Source: Solobacterium sp. (GTDB lineage Bacteria; Bacillota_I; Bacilli_A; Erysipelotrichales; Erysipelotrichaceae). From it: a DNA stretch of 64,000 nucleotides. The notes below the pieces were generated by a model that was not told the DNA's origin, searched no databases, and was given only the letters and a program-made list of their open reading frames with translations. Both the position numbers and the translations under genes were made by a program. Shown here one piece after another: positions 20,906-31,471 of the stretch; the stretch's first letter is position 1; every line of letters begins with the position of its first letter. The stretch spans positions 1,209 through 65,208 of the forward strand of contig JAFOMZ010000173.1 in NCBI GenBank assembly GCA_017421125.1. The letters run 5' to 3'.

Positions 20906-21862
20906 TTGGAAACTCATACAATACATTTTGAAGGAATGACTGCGGCGCAGGCTCAATGCTTCTCCGGCAGTCAGGATAAAAACCTGAATACCCTGTCAGA
21001 ACTGTTCGGCACCGATATCATCTTCCGGGATGACACGGTCACATTCAGGTGCCCGGATGAACAGACAGAACAGATCTCACTTGCTTTGCATGCCCTCTAT
21101 CAGGTCGCCGCAAAGGAACGGTCATTATCAAACAGTGATGTGATCTATGCTTACCGCATGGCCCTGAAGGGCAAGGAAGCGGAATTTGAAGAATTATCAT
21201 CCATCGTCGTCGGACGCACACTGTCCGGCAGGCCTGTCATGCCCAAAACAGCCGGTCAGCTCGAATTTGTCAATGCGATGCAGACATATCCGATCGTATT
21301 TGCGATCGGTCCGGCAGGCACCGGAAAAACATATCTGGCAGTCATACAGGCTGTCTCCATGCTGAAAAAAGGCGATGTCAAAAGGATCGTCCTGACCCGT
21401 CCGGCTGTTGAAGCGGGCGAGAACCTCGGCTTTCTGCCGGGCGATCTCAAGGAAAAAGTCGATCCGTACCTGACGCCGCTGTATGATGCCCTGCATGACA
21501 TGCTTGGCAATGAACAGACAGACCGTCTGATCGAGAAGGGATCCATCGAGATCGCACCGCTGGCATATATGCGCGGACGTACACTGGATGACTCATTTGT
21601 GATCCTGGATGAAGCGCAGAATACGACGCCTTCACAGATGAAGATGTTCCTGACACGTCTGGGCATGCATTCCCATATGGTCATCAACGGTGATATCACC
21701 CAGATCGATCTCAAATTCGGAGCGGTGAGCGGACTGGTCGAAGCATCAGGAATCCTGAAGAACATCAAAGAGATCGGAATGATCAGGCTCAGCGGGGATG
21801 ATGTTGTCCGTCATCCGCTCGTGCAGAAGATCATCGAAGAATACGAGAAAGCAGGCAGATAA
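20906..21862 (+). CDS. phoH: PhoH-family ATPase
   Basis: GPAGTGKT, RPAVEAGE, LGFLPG, YMRGRT, DEAQN, VVRHPLV; TTG start with GGAGG RBS. Confidence 0.95.
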   Translation: METHTIHFEGMTAAQAQCFSGSQDKNLNTLSELFGTDIIFRDDTVTFRCPDEQTEQISLALHALYQVAAKERSLSNSDVIYAYRMALKGKEAEFEELSSIVVGRTLSGRPVMPKTAGQLEFVNAMQTYPIVFAIGPAGTGKTYLAVIQAVSMLKKGDVKRIVLTRPAVEAGENLGFLPGDLKEKVDPYLTPLYDALHDMLGNEQTDRLIEKGSIEIAPLAYMRGRTLDDSFVILDEAQNTTPSQMKMFLTRLGMHSHMVINGDITQIDLKFGAVSGLVEASGILKNIKEIGMIRLSGDDVVRHPLVQKIIEEYEKAGR

Positions 21863-22317
21863 TGGAAATCACACTGATCAACAGAACCAATCAGGATATG
21901 GAGCAGTACGCTCCGCTGTTTCATGAAATAGCAGCCTCCGCCGAACAGGTGCTGGAGCTGGATGATACATGCATCATCAGCGTGACCTTTGTGCGTTCCG
22001 CCGCGATCCACCGCATCAACCGTGACTACCGGGGGATCGACCGTCCGACAGACGTCATCAGCTTTGCGGTCAGGGACGATACAGACGGATTTGAAGATGT
22101 GGAAGAGGAAACGGACCTCGGAGACATCTTTATCAATATCAATTATGCCAAACGCCAGGCGCGTGAATACGGACACAGTGAGAAACGGGAGATCTGTTTC
22201 CTGTTTACACACGGTCTGCTGCACTGCCTGGGGTATGACCATATGACGGAAAAAGACGAAAAAGAGATGTTCGCACTGCAGGACAGGATCCTTGATCCGA
22301 TTGTGAGCAGGACATGA
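21862..22317 (+). CDS. ybeY: rRNA maturation endoribonuclease
   Basis: NRDYRGIDRPTDVISF, HGLLHCLGYDH. Confidence 0.97.
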   Translation: MEITLINRTNQDMEQYAPLFHEIAASAEQVLELDDTCIISVTFVRSAAIHRINRDYRGIDRPTDVISFAVRDDTDGFEDVEEETDLGDIFININYAKRQAREYGHSEKREICFLFTHGLLHCLGYDHMTEKDEKEMFALQDRILDPIVSRT

Positions 22318-22658
22318 AGCATAAGTTTCTGCCGGCATTCAGGGGACTTTTTTCAGACGGCTGGAAGGATCCGGGGATCCGTACCCAGATCATCCTTGCC
22401 GCTCTGGCTGTGTGTGCTGCTTTTATTCTGCGCCTGGACGCCATGGAATGGTGCGCCGGCATCATCTGCGCGGGCATGGTGATCGCCGCGGAGATCCTGA
22501 ATACAGCAATTGAAAAAGTGTGTGATCTCTATTCGGAACAATATGATGAACGGATCCGGGTGATCAAGGACCTGGCAGCCGGTGCCGTGCTTGCGGCATC
22601 GATCGCTGCGCTTGCGGTGGCTTTGATCATACTGGCAAGACATATCGGAGGTTTATGA
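22314..22658 (+). CDS. dgkA: Diacylglycerol/undecaprenol kinase
   Basis: EILNTAIEKVCD, KDLAAGAV, hydrophobic; conserved ybeY-dgkA-cdd-era order. Confidence 0.92.
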   Translation: MKHKFLPAFRGLFSDGWKDPGIRTQIILAALAVCAAFILRLDAMEWCAGIICAGMVIAAEILNTAIEKVCDLYSEQYDERIRVIKDLAAGAVLAASIAALAVALIILARHIGGL

Positions 22659-23059
22659 TGACAAAGGATGAACTGATCAGTGAAGCATTCAAAGCGATGG
22701 AAAACGCTTATGCGCCGTACTCCAATTACCATGTCGGAGCATGTGTCGAGACGACGGACGGAAAACTGTTTTACGGCGCAAACATTGAAAACGCTTCTTA
22801 CGGCGCAACCATCTGTGCCGAACGCAATGCGGTATTTGCGGCATATTCCAACGGTTACCGCAAGGAACAGATCAAAGCGCTCGCGATCGTCAGCGACGGC
22901 GGCAGGATCGCTGCGCCATGCGGCATCTGCCGTCAGGTACTGTGTGAACTGGTCGGACAGAACATGCCGATCTATCTCTCAAACGGAAAAGATGAGATGA
23001 TGACATGCATCGAAAAACTGCTTCCGATGCAGTTCGGACTGGAGGACGTGATCCGATGA
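22655..23059 (+). CDS. cdd: Cytidine deaminase
   Basis: AYAPYS, NIENASY, CAERNA, PCGICRQ. Confidence 0.97.
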   Translation: MMTKDELISEAFKAMENAYAPYSNYHVGACVETTDGKLFYGANIENASYGATICAERNAVFAAYSNGYRKEQIKALAIVSDGGRIAAPCGICRQVLCELVGQNMPIYLSNGKDEMMTCIEKLLPMQFGLEDVIR

Positions 23060-23943
23060 AGAGCGGATTCGTCGCTCTGGCAGGCAGACCGAATGCCGGC
23101 AAGAGCACGCTTCTCAACGGCCTTCTTTCGGAAAAGATCGCGATCGTCTCCAGCAAGCCCCAGACGACAAGAAGCCAGATCAGGGGCATCCTGACGACTT
23201 CGGAAGGGCAGATCGTATTCACGGACACACCCGGCATCCATAAGGCAAATACCCGTCTGGAAAGCAGGATGAATAAGGAAGCTGCCGATGTGATCCAGGG
23301 AGTGGATGTGATCTATCTGGTCGTAGACGGCACAAGAGCATTCGGTACCGGTGATGAATATGTGCTCCGCATGGTGAAGAACGTCGGAGTACCTGTTTTT
23401 CTGATACTCAATAAGATCGACCAGATGAAAAAGGAAAAGGTGCTGAAGGTACTTCAGTCCTGGCAGTCCCGGTATGAATTCGCGGAATTCTTCCCGCTGT
23501 CCGCGCTGAAGCAGAATGACTTCACAGACCTGATCACCACGACGATGAACTACCTGCCGGAGGGTGACTATATGTATCCCGAAGAGATCACGAGCGACGG
23601 TCCTGTCAGGTTCCGGATCGCCGAGATCATCCGCGAGAAGATCCTGATCTGCACCGATGAGGAAGTCCCGCATGCCTCGGCAGTCGTCGTTGAAACGATG
23701 GAGACCGAAGGGGATGTCTGCTATATCCAGGCACTGGTACTGGTGGAAAAGCAGGGCCAGAAGGGCATCCTGATCGGCAAACAGGGAAGCATGCTGATGA
23801 AGATCACATCCATGGCAGAAAAAGAGATCGCGCAGCTTCTCGGCATGAAAACAGAGCTTGAACTGTTTGTACGCGTCGAGGAAGAATGGCGTGACCGTGA
23901 CGCAAGGATCACGGAATACGGATACGGAAATATCGATGAATGA
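23056..23943 (+). CDS. era: GTPase Era
   Basis: MKSGFV, GRPNAGKS, PQTTR, DTPG, NKID, KH domain; start at ATG 23056. Confidence 0.97.
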   Translation: MKSGFVALAGRPNAGKSTLLNGLLSEKIAIVSSKPQTTRSQIRGILTTSEGQIVFTDTPGIHKANTRLESRMNKEAADVIQGVDVIYLVVDGTRAFGTGDEYVLRMVKNVGVPVFLILNKIDQMKKEKVLKVLQSWQSRYEFAEFFPLSALKQNDFTDLITTTMNYLPEGDYMYPEEITSDGPVRFRIAEIIREKILICTDEEVPHASAVVVETMETEGDVCYIQALVLVEKQGQKGILIGKQGSMLMKITSMAEKEIAQLLGMKTELELFVRVEEEWRDRDARITEYGYGNIDE

Positions 23944-24682
23944 TACAACAGAAGTAATGATCCTGAAGCAGACGGATTACCGGGAACGGGCGGCGCTCGT
24001 CACTGTGCTTTCGAAGGAATACGGGAAACTGACGCTGAGCGCGGAAGGGGTCAGAAAACTCACCAGCAAGAATGCCGGTGCACTGATCCCCTGCACGAAA
24101 GCATCCGTAACGATCGACTACAGCGAGGGACGGACGATGTTCCGGCTGAAAGGCGCAAGGACAGTGAAGGCGTACAGGAATATTCACAAAGACCTTGTAC
24201 TGTCCGCGGCAGCCGGCGTGCTCAGTGAGATCGCGGACCAGATGACCTATACCGATCATGATATCGTGTCGGCGGTGCATACATATACGCTTCTTGAGGA
24301 AGCGCTCGATCTGCTGGAGAACAATGAAAAGTCCGATACAGTGCTGGCTTTATTTCTTTCTACGATGATGAAAAATGCCGGCATGAGCCCGAATGTCGAT
24401 GAATGCGTCATGTGCGGGCGGACGAATGCCGCGGCGGTCTCCGTCAGGGACGGCGGCTTTCTGTGTGACCGGTGCGCAGCCCAGGCAGGTATCCCGCCGC
24501 GTTCAGTCACGGAACTGAAACGGTTCAGGCTCATCAGCAAGGCTGAGCTGAAGCACTATCCCATCGTGAAGGAAAGCACGGAGCGCACGATCGAAGACCT
24601 GGCAATTCTGCTTGAAATATTAAATCGTCATGCGGGTATTGAAATCCGCAGTTTTTCCTTATATCAAAGGGTTTTCCATTGA
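23936..24682 (+). CDS. recO: DNA repair protein RecO
   Basis: N-terminal OB fold, CVMC...CDRC zinc motif, position after era. Confidence 0.9.
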   Translation: MNDTTEVMILKQTDYRERAALVTVLSKEYGKLTLSAEGVRKLTSKNAGALIPCTKASVTIDYSEGRTMFRLKGARTVKAYRNIHKDLVLSAAAGVLSEIADQMTYTDHDIVSAVHTYTLLEEALDLLENNEKSDTVLALFLSTMMKNAGMSPNVDECVMCGRTNAAAVSVRDGGFLCDRCAAQAGIPPRSVTELKRFRLISKAELKHYPIVKESTERTIEDLAILLEILNRHAGIEIRSFSLYQRVFH

Positions 24683-24707
24683 ACGGGACCCCGGTTGGTG
24701 CTATACT
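24679..24707 (+). promoter_or_regulatory. SigA-type promoter of glyQS-dnaG-rpoD
   Basis: TTGAAC-17 bp-TATACT with extended TG. Confidence 0.7.
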
Positions 24708-24744
24708 TCGAATATTAGCGTACTAGAAAGGATACGGTATTTTC

Positions 24745-26118
24745 ATGGAGAAAACATTCGATAAAATAGTTTCACACGCTAAAAATACGGGCTTTGTCTT
24801 TCAGGGTTCCGAGATTTACGGCGGTCTGTCCAATACGTGGGACTACGGTCCGTACGGCGTTATGCTGAAAGACCACATCAAGCGCGCATGGCAGAAGAAA
24901 TTTATACAGGAAGATCCGAACAATGTTGAAATACAGGCAGCGATCCTGATGAATCCGAGAGTCTGGGAGGCTTCCGGACATCTGAAGGGATTCTCTGATC
25001 CTCTGATGGACTGCAGACAGTGCAAGACCAGACACAGAGCAGATCAGCTGATCGAAACGTTCACCAACGGTGCGGTGTCACCGGAAGGCTGGACAAATGA
25101 ACAGATGGAGAACTACATTAAGGAGAACCATATCCCGTGTCCGGACTGCGGCGCACATGATTTCACGCCGATCCGTCAGTTCAACCTGATGTTCAAAACA
25201 TTCCAGGGAACACTGGAAGACGCCAAGAGCACGATCTACCTGAGACCGGAAACGGCACAGGGCATGTTCGTTGACTTCAAGGGTGTGCAGCGTGCTTACA
25301 GAAAGAAGCTGCCGTTCGGCATCGGCCAGATCGGCAAATCTTTCCGCAACGAGATCACACCGGGCAACTTTATCTTCCGTACACGTGAATTCGAGCAGAT
25401 GGAAATGGAATTCTTCTGCAAGCCGGGTACAGATGATGACTGGTTCCCTTACTGGCGTCAGTTCTGCATGGACTGGATCCTGAGCCTGGGCGGAAATCCG
25501 GAAAACCTGCGTTTCCGCGATCACGAAAAGGAAGAACTCAGCTTCTATTCCAAAGCAACCACGGATATCGAATACAAGTTCCCGTGGGGCTGGGGCGAGC
25601 TCTGGGGCATTGCGGACAGGACCGACTATGACCTCGGACAGCACCAGAAGTTCTCCGGCGAGAATATGGAATATCTCGATCCGGTCACAAATGAGAAATA
25701 CCTGCCGTATGTCGTTGAACCGGCAGTCGGCGTAGAACGTCTGTTCTTCATGTTCTTCACGGACGCTTATGACGAGGAAGTACTTGAGAACGGCGATACA
25801 CGTATCGTCATGCATTTCCACCCGGTACTCGCGCCTGTCAAGGCTGCGATCCTGCCGCTGAGAAAGAAGTACGGCGATCTGGCAAAACAGATCAGAAAAG
25901 AACTCTCCTATGACTTTGAGTGCGATTATGACGAAGCCGGCTCGATCGGCAAGCGTTACCGCCGTCAGGATGAGATCGGTACACCGTTCTGCGTTACGAT
26001 CGACGAACAGTCAATTGAAGACGGTACAGTAACGATCCGCTACCGTGATTCCATGGCTCAGGAACGTATGACCGTGGAACAGGTAAGGGAAAAGATCTGT
26101 CAGGAGATCCGTTTCTGA
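24745..26118 (+). CDS. glyQS: Glycine--tRNA ligase, homodimeric (alpha2) type
   Basis: [53 protein letters not shown]. Confidence 0.97.
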   Translation: MEKTFDKIVSHAKNTGFVFQGSEIYGGLSNTWDYGPYGVMLKDHIKRAWQKKFIQEDPNNVEIQAAILMNPRVWEASGHLKGFSDPLMDCRQCKTRHRADQLIETFTNGAVSPEGWTNEQMENYIKENHIPCPDCGAHDFTPIRQFNLMFKTFQGTLEDAKSTIYLRPETAQGMFVDFKGVQRAYRKKLPFGIGQIGKSFRNEITPGNFIFRTREFEQMEMEFFCKPGTDDDWFPYWRQFCMDWILSLGGNPENLRFRDHEKEELSFYSKATTDIEYKFPWGWGELWGIADRTDYDLGQHQKFSGENMEYLDPVTNEKYLPYVVEPAVGVERLFFMFFTDAYDEEVLENGDTRIVMHFHPVLAPVKAAILPLRKKYGDLAKQIRKELSYDFECDYDEAGSIGKRYRRQDEIGTPFCVTIDEQSIEDGTVTIRYRDSMAQERMTVEQVREKICQEIRF

Positions 26119-26137
26119 GACAGAGGAAAGGACATTG

Positions 26138-27895
26138 ATGCCGAGGATCAGTGAACAGGAAATCAGTGAACTGCGTTCAAGGGCAGATATTGTGGATGTG
26201 GTAGGACACTATCTGCAGCTGCACAGGAAAGGAAAGTCCTATGTAGCCCTGTGTCCGTTTCATGATGACCATTCCCCGTCAATGTCAGTTTCACCGGAAC
26301 GGCAGATCTATAAATGCTTTGTCTGCGGTGCCGGCGGAAATGTGTTTTCATTTGTCCAGAATTATGAAAAGGTCAGCTATCCGGAAGCAGTCGCAAGGGT
26401 AGCGGACCTGGTTGGTTTTGAGCTGTCGGAAAAACCGGAAGCTGTTCAGAAAACAGTTGATCCGTACAGGGAAAGACTGTACGGCCTGATGAATGAGACG
26501 ATACGGTTCACGATGTATCAGATCAATACGGCCGAAGCATCCCTGGAAAAGAAATACCTGGATGACAGAGGCCTGGATGAAGAGATCCGCCAGAAGTTTG
26601 AGATCGGCTTCAATCCGGGCAATGACCAGCTTTATAAATTTCTGAAAGCAAAAGGATATGAGGACAGCGACATGACTGCTTGCAACGTCATCCGCGCCTC
26701 ATCATCCGGCGTGCATGATGTATTCGCGCAGCGCATCACATTCCCGATCCATGACCCGTCCGGCAATCCGATCGGGTTTTCAGCCCGTACGATCAATCCT
26801 GACAACAGCTCAAAGTACATCAATACGAATGATACCGTGCTGTTCCATAAAAGCGATGTCGTATACAACAGCCACAGGGCAAGAAACGAAGCGAGAAGAA
26901 GCGGCAGGATCTATGTGTGCGAAGGCGTCACGGATGTCATTGCGTTTGCAAGGGCAGGCATGGAAAATGCGGTCTGTACGCTCGGTACATCCTGCACCGA
27001 AAGCCAGATCCGGCAGATCAAACGGCTGTCCATGAAGGTCGTCTTCTGCTACGACGGCGATGATGCCGGTCAGTCAGCGACGATGAGGGCTGCCAAAATG
27101 GCAAGGAAAGAGGGCTGTGATGTTACGATCATCGATAACCGCACAGGACTTGACCCGGATGAACTGATCCGTTCACGCGGTATCGAAGCATTGAAACAGA
27201 TGGTCTCAAACGAGATCAGCTGGATGGAGTTTGTACTTGCTTATCTCCGGAAGCATACAAACATGTCAAACTATCTGGAGAAAAAAGAAATGGTAAAACG
27301 GGCTCAGGCGGAGATCGCTGAGCTTGATGATGAATTTGACCGGCAGCACTTTACGAAAGAGCTTTCCGAGATGACGGGTTTCCGGATCGATTACACGCCC
27401 GGAAACAAACGAAGGATCTACACAACAGAAACGCTTCAGAAGGCAGGCGCGCCGGATGGTACAAGACAGGCTGAGGACCTGATCCTGGCAATGATGCTGA
27501 ACAGTGTACAGGCCTGCAGAAGATTTGAAGAAAGACTCGGCTTTTTGCCTGAGGCCGACAGGAATGCAGCAGCGATGATGCTGGTAGACGAAGGTCGTAA
27601 CAGTGTTATCGACGCGGCGGCGCTCATTGACAGTACAACTGATGTCAAAATGAAGGAACTGATCGCATATATTGCATCAACGGCAGAAGATATGCCATAT
27701 GATGAAAAAATCATGGACGGAGCGATCAGAAAGATCATGATCAGTGTCAAAAGCGCCCAGGCCGATGCATTCCGTGATTCACTGCAGCAGCCGATGAATG
27801 CGGAGAGCTTTGCAGTGATCTCGCGCGAATATCAGGAATGTCTGAGAGACCTACGGAGGTATATTGATGAAGACAACAGCGAACAATTTGATTGA
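26138..27895 (+). CDS. dnaG: DNA primase
   Basis: [10 protein letters not shown]...CFVC zinc domain, KYINT, EG, YDGDDAG, DPDE. Confidence 0.97.
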   Translation: MPRISEQEISELRSRADIVDVVGHYLQLHRKGKSYVALCPFHDDHSPSMSVSPERQIYKCFVCGAGGNVFSFVQNYEKVSYPEAVARVADLVGFELSEKPEAVQKTVDPYRERLYGLMNETIRFTMYQINTAEASLEKKYLDDRGLDEEIRQKFEIGFNPGNDQLYKFLKAKGYEDSDMTACNVIRASSSGVHDVFAQRITFPIHDPSGNPIGFSARTINPDNSSKYINTNDTVLFHKSDVVYNSHRARNEARRSGRIYVCEGVTDVIAFARAGMENAVCTLGTSCTESQIRQIKRLSMKVVFCYDGDDAGQSATMRAAKMARKEGCDVTIIDNRTGLDPDELIRSRGIEALKQMVSNEISWMEFVLAYLRKHTNMSNYLEKKEMVKRAQAEIAELDDEFDRQHFTKELSEMTGFRIDYTPGNKRRIYTTETLQKAGAPDGTRQAEDLILAMMLNSVQACRRFEERLGFLPEADRNAAAMMLVDEGRNSVIDAAALIDSTTDVKMKELIAYIASTAEDMPYDEKIMDGAIRKIMISVKSAQADAFRDSLQQPMNAESFAVISREYQECLRDLRRYIDEDNSEQFD

Positions 27896-29417
27896 TGAGA
27901 CAGAAGAAACACTTGATGAAAGCAGCACTCTCTCAGCAAAGGCAGTCAGGAAGGCGATACGCAAACAGTCTGCAGCCAGACGCGAATTTGCGGAATTCCA
28001 GCAGGCGGAACAGTCCGCCGCACATCAGACTGCATATCTGAATGCAAAACGCGCAAAAAATATTTTCAGTGATGAAAATACTGAAGAGGAGACTGAAGTG
28101 ATTGAAGAATTTGTTGAGGAAGATGCAGAAGTGATCGAACTGCCGGTCGAGGAACCTGAGGAAAAGAAGGTCCTCGAAATGCGCAGGGCACTGCGTCCCT
28201 CCGATAAAACGGAGATCGTACCATATAAGCTTGAAGGCCACCGCAAGGAATACAAGACGCTCGATGAGCTGAAGGCTGATTTCAGGAATGTCTATGACAC
28301 CGACGGTGAGATCTTCCAGAAAGATATCATGGCAGCCCTGGAACATCTGGAAATGAACGAACAGGATCTTGAGGATCTCTGGAACTGGTTCTCTGATGAG
28401 GATATTGAAATTTCCGAAGATGAAGATGTTGAGGCTCTGACGGAAGATGTCGATCTGCTGGATGATGACGCCGATCTGGATGAAGACGGCGAAGGCGGTG
28501 AAGGCGAAGACGAAGACGATGAACTGGGTGACCTGAATCCGCAGGAAATGCTGAGCAGCACATACGGACGGGCCGGCGGAACGCAGATGAACGACCCCGT
28601 CAAAATGTATCTGAAGGAGATCGGCAGAGTCCCTCTGCTGAAGCCCGAGGATGAACCGGAGATCGCCAAGCGTATCGAAGCAGGGGATGAGGAAGCCAAG
28701 AACATCCTGATCTCCAGCAACCTGCGTCTTGTCGTATCCATTGCCAAGAAGTATGTCGGAAGAGGCATGCTGTTCCTTGACCTGATCCAGGAAGGAAACA
28801 TGGGCCTGGTCAAGGCTGTAGAAAAATTTGATTATACAAAAGGATTTAAGTTCAGTACATATGCGACATGGTGGATCCGCCAGGCGATCACCCGTGCGAT
28901 CGCCGATCAGGCACGTACGATCCGTATCCCCGTGCATATGGTTGAAACCATCAATAAACTGACACGCGTGCAGAGACAGCTCGTCCAGGAACTCGGCAGA
29001 GATCCGTCACCGGAAGAGATCAGCGCGCATATGGAAGGCATTTCTCCCGAGAAGGTCAGAGAGATCCAGAAGATCGCTCTGGAACCTGTTTCCCTGGAAA
29101 CACCGATCGGTGAAGAAGATGATTCCCATCTCGGAGATTTCATCGAGGACAAGGATGCGCTGAGTCCTGACCAGTATGCGAACAACCAGCTGCTGAAGGA
29201 TGAGATCAACAATGTTCTGAGCGGGCTGACAGAACGTGAAGAAAAAGTACTGAGACTGAGATTCGGTCTCTATGACGGAAGGACCAGGACGCTGGAAGAA
29301 GTCGGCAAGGAATTCAATGTCACACGTGAAAGGATCCGTCAGATCGAAGCCAAGGCACTGAGAAAGCTGAAGCATCCGACACGTTCAAAGCGTCTGAAGG
29401 ATTTCTTTGATAAATAA
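27867..29417 (+). CDS. rpoD: Primary sigma factor with long acidic N-terminal extension
   Basis: [48 protein letters not shown]. Confidence 0.98.
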   Translation: MKTTANNLIDETEETLDESSTLSAKAVRKAIRKQSAARREFAEFQQAEQSAAHQTAYLNAKRAKNIFSDENTEEETEVIEEFVEEDAEVIELPVEEPEEKKVLEMRRALRPSDKTEIVPYKLEGHRKEYKTLDELKADFRNVYDTDGEIFQKDIMAALEHLEMNEQDLEDLWNWFSDEDIEISEDEDVEALTEDVDLLDDDADLDEDGEGGEGEDEDDELGDLNPQEMLSSTYGRAGGTQMNDPVKMYLKEIGRVPLLKPEDEPEIAKRIEAGDEEAKNILISSNLRLVVSIAKKYVGRGMLFLDLIQEGNMGLVKAVEKFDYTKGFKFSTYATWWIRQAITRAIADQARTIRIPVHMVETINKLTRVQRQLVQELGRDPSPEEISAHMEGISPEKVREIQKIALEPVSLETPIGEEDDSHLGDFIEDKDALSPDQYANNQLLKDEINNVLSGLTEREEKVLRLRFGLYDGRTRTLEEVGKEFNVTRERIRQIEAKALRKLKHPTRSKRLKDFFDK

Positions 29418-30073
29418 TGAATCAGCGGATCATTGAGATCGCTGGAATGGTAAAGCAGGGCATGGTCATGGCAGATATCGGCACAGATCATGCCCAGCTT
29501 CCTGTCCGGCTCATCAGCGAAGGGATCGTTCCGAAAGCATATGCCTGCGACATCGGGGAAGGTCCTCTGCGCATGGCTGCTGAGAATGTCAGGAATGCAG
29601 GTCTCCAAGACAGGATCGGTGTGATCCTGTCAGACGGGTTTGAACATGTACCGGACGACGTGCAGTGCGCGGTGATCGCCGGTATGGGCTGCCAGACAGC
29701 GATCGGCATTCTGGAACGCGCAGAGAAAAGACTTCCGGAACTGGAACAGATCATCGTCCAGGTCAATACGGATGTACCGGTATTCAGGGCGTGGCTCAGT
29801 GGCAGACGCTATATGGTGGAAGCGGAAAAACTGATCCGTGATCATGGACATGACTATATTGCGCTCAGTTTTACATGCGCGGATCATGAACCGTACAGCG
29901 AACAGGAGATCCTCTGCGGGATCAGGCTGGCCCATGATGAAGCGTATGCCCGTTTTGCCGGGAAACAGATCAGCACGCTGGAATTCATCCTGTCCAGAAG
30001 AAAAGAACGGGATGCGGAGCTGGAACGTCAGCTGGAACTCTGGAAAGACTCATATCGCAAAGCAGCACAGTGA
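29417..30073 (+). CDS. trmK: tRNA m1A22 methyltransferase
   Basis: ADIGTDHA, IAGMG; follows rpoD. Confidence 0.9.
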   Translation: MNQRIIEIAGMVKQGMVMADIGTDHAQLPVRLISEGIVPKAYACDIGEGPLRMAAENVRNAGLQDRIGVILSDGFEHVPDDVQCAVIAGMGCQTAIGILERAEKRLPELEQIIVQVNTDVPVFRAWLSGRRYMVEAEKLIRDHGHDYIALSFTCADHEPYSEQEILCGIRLAHDEAYARFAGKQISTLEFILSRRKERDAELERQLELWKDSYRKAAQ

Positions 30074-30135
30074 ATCATCACGGCTGCTTTTTTTGTCGGA
30101 AGGGTATAAAAAAGCACGGAATTGTCCGTGTTTTT
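30059..30135. terminator. Two hairpin terminators between convergent trmK and rpsT
   Basis: AAAGCAGC...GCTGCTTTTTTT and AAAAAAGCACGGA-ATTG-TCCGTGTTTTT. Confidence 0.75.
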
Positions 30136-30144
30136 AATGTCCAA

Positions 30145-30408
30145 TTACTGGATGGAATTGACAGCCTTTGCAAGGCGGGACTTCTGACGGGATACGTAAT
30201 TCTTCTTCTTGATGTGCTTTGTTGAAGCCTTGTCAAGAACGGAATTAGCCTCATTATATGCCTTCACAGCAGCTTCTTTATCATTTGCTTTAACTGCAGC
30301 TACAACTTTTTTGATGGCTGTTTTTACCGCTGTTCTTTCACTTACATTTGCTGTCCGTCTTTTTTCATTAGTCAGGGCGCGCTTTTTCTGCGACTTAATG
30401 TTTGCCAT
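30145..30408 (-). CDS. rpsT: 30S ribosomal protein S20
   Basis: MANIKSQKKR...KTAIKK...SRQKSRL. Confidence 0.97.
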   Translation of the reverse strand: MANIKSQKKRALTNEKRRTANVSERTAVKTAIKKVVAAVKANDKEAAVKAYNEANSVLDKASTKHIKKKNYVSRQKSRLAKAVNSIQ

Positions 30409-30523
30409 GCCAACACCTCCATTCGTTGCGTAACGAAAGCATTATAGCAAAGCAATAATCAAAATGCAATGAAAACAGAAGGCATTTCAATGTATAATGA
30501 ACAAGCTGAAGGAGGAAACATTC

Positions 30524-31462
30524 ATGAACGATGTTAGGATTATTTTCATAGGAACTCCTGAGTTTGCCTGCCCGATCCTGCAGACTCTGGTCGACGAGGG
30601 GTATAACGTAGTAGCTGCGGTATGCCAGCCGGATCGTCCCACAGGCAGAAAACAAATAATAACACCCACACCGGTACATGCACTGGCAGACAAATTGAAC
30701 ATACCCGTGCTGCAGCCGGTGAAGCTGAGAGCGGAATATCAGTCTGTACTGGACTACAAGCCCGACCTGATCGTTACCGCGGCATACGGACAGATCGTGC
30801 CTGAGGTGATCCTCAAGGCGCCCCGTTACGGATGCCTGAATATCCATCCGAGCCTGCTTCCCAAATACAGGGGAGGCGCGCCGATCCATCATGCTGTATG
30901 GGCAGGTGACGAAAAAACAGGCGTATGCCTGATGGAAATGGTCAAGGCAATGGATGCCGGCAGGGTATATGCCAGGACGGAAGTACCGATCGGTCCGGAG
31001 GAGACAACATCGGAAATGTATGAGAAGCTGCAGGACGCTTCCTGTGCCCTGCTGAAAGAATCGCTCCCGCTCTATCTGGAAGGAAAGCTGGAAGGCGAGC
31101 CGCAGGATGAGACACAGGTCGTGATCGCACGCAATATTTCCAAGGAAGATGAACAGGTCCACTTTGCGGACGAAGATATCAATGAAGTTTATAACCATAT
31201 CCGTGCCCTGACAGACTGGCCGCTTGCATACGGTCTGCTCGACGGAAAACGCATGAAGTTCATCAAGGTCAGGAAACAGATCTGTGAAACCGATGCAGCA
31301 CCCGGTACGGTGCTTGGCTTCAGGGATCACGCGATGGAGGTCGCCTGCAGGGGAGGTATCCTCAGAGTACTGGAACTGCAGCCTGAAGGAAAAAGCAGGA
31401 TGAGTGCCGACGCATTCGCCAACGGCGCGGGAAGAAATCTCCCCGGCCATGTATTTGAATAG
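30524..31462 (+). CDS. fmt: Methionyl-tRNA formyltransferase
   Basis: FIGTPEFA, QPDRP, AAYGQI, NIHPSLLPKYRGGAPI, MDAG; start at ATG 30524 with GGAGG. Confidence 0.96.
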   Translation: MNDVRIIFIGTPEFACPILQTLVDEGYNVVAAVCQPDRPTGRKQIITPTPVHALADKLNIPVLQPVKLRAEYQSVLDYKPDLIVTAAYGQIVPEVILKAPRYGCLNIHPSLLPKYRGGAPIHHAVWAGDEKTGVCLMEMVKAMDAGRVYARTEVPIGPEETTSEMYEKLQDASCALLKESLPLYLEGKLEGEPQDETQVVIARNISKEDEQVHFADEDINEVYNHIRALTDWPLAYGLLDGKRMKFIKVRKQICETDAAPGTVLGFRDHAMEVACRGGILRVLELQPEGKSRMSADAFANGAGRNLPGHVFE

Positions 31463-31471
31463 GAGTCATCA

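Noticed and set aside
30395-31450. 351-aa minus-strand ORF, and similar long antisense ORFs (5072-5977, 27933-28937, 42161-43072, 58438-59139)
   Set aside because: Shadows of well-supported + strand genes, caused by codon bias.
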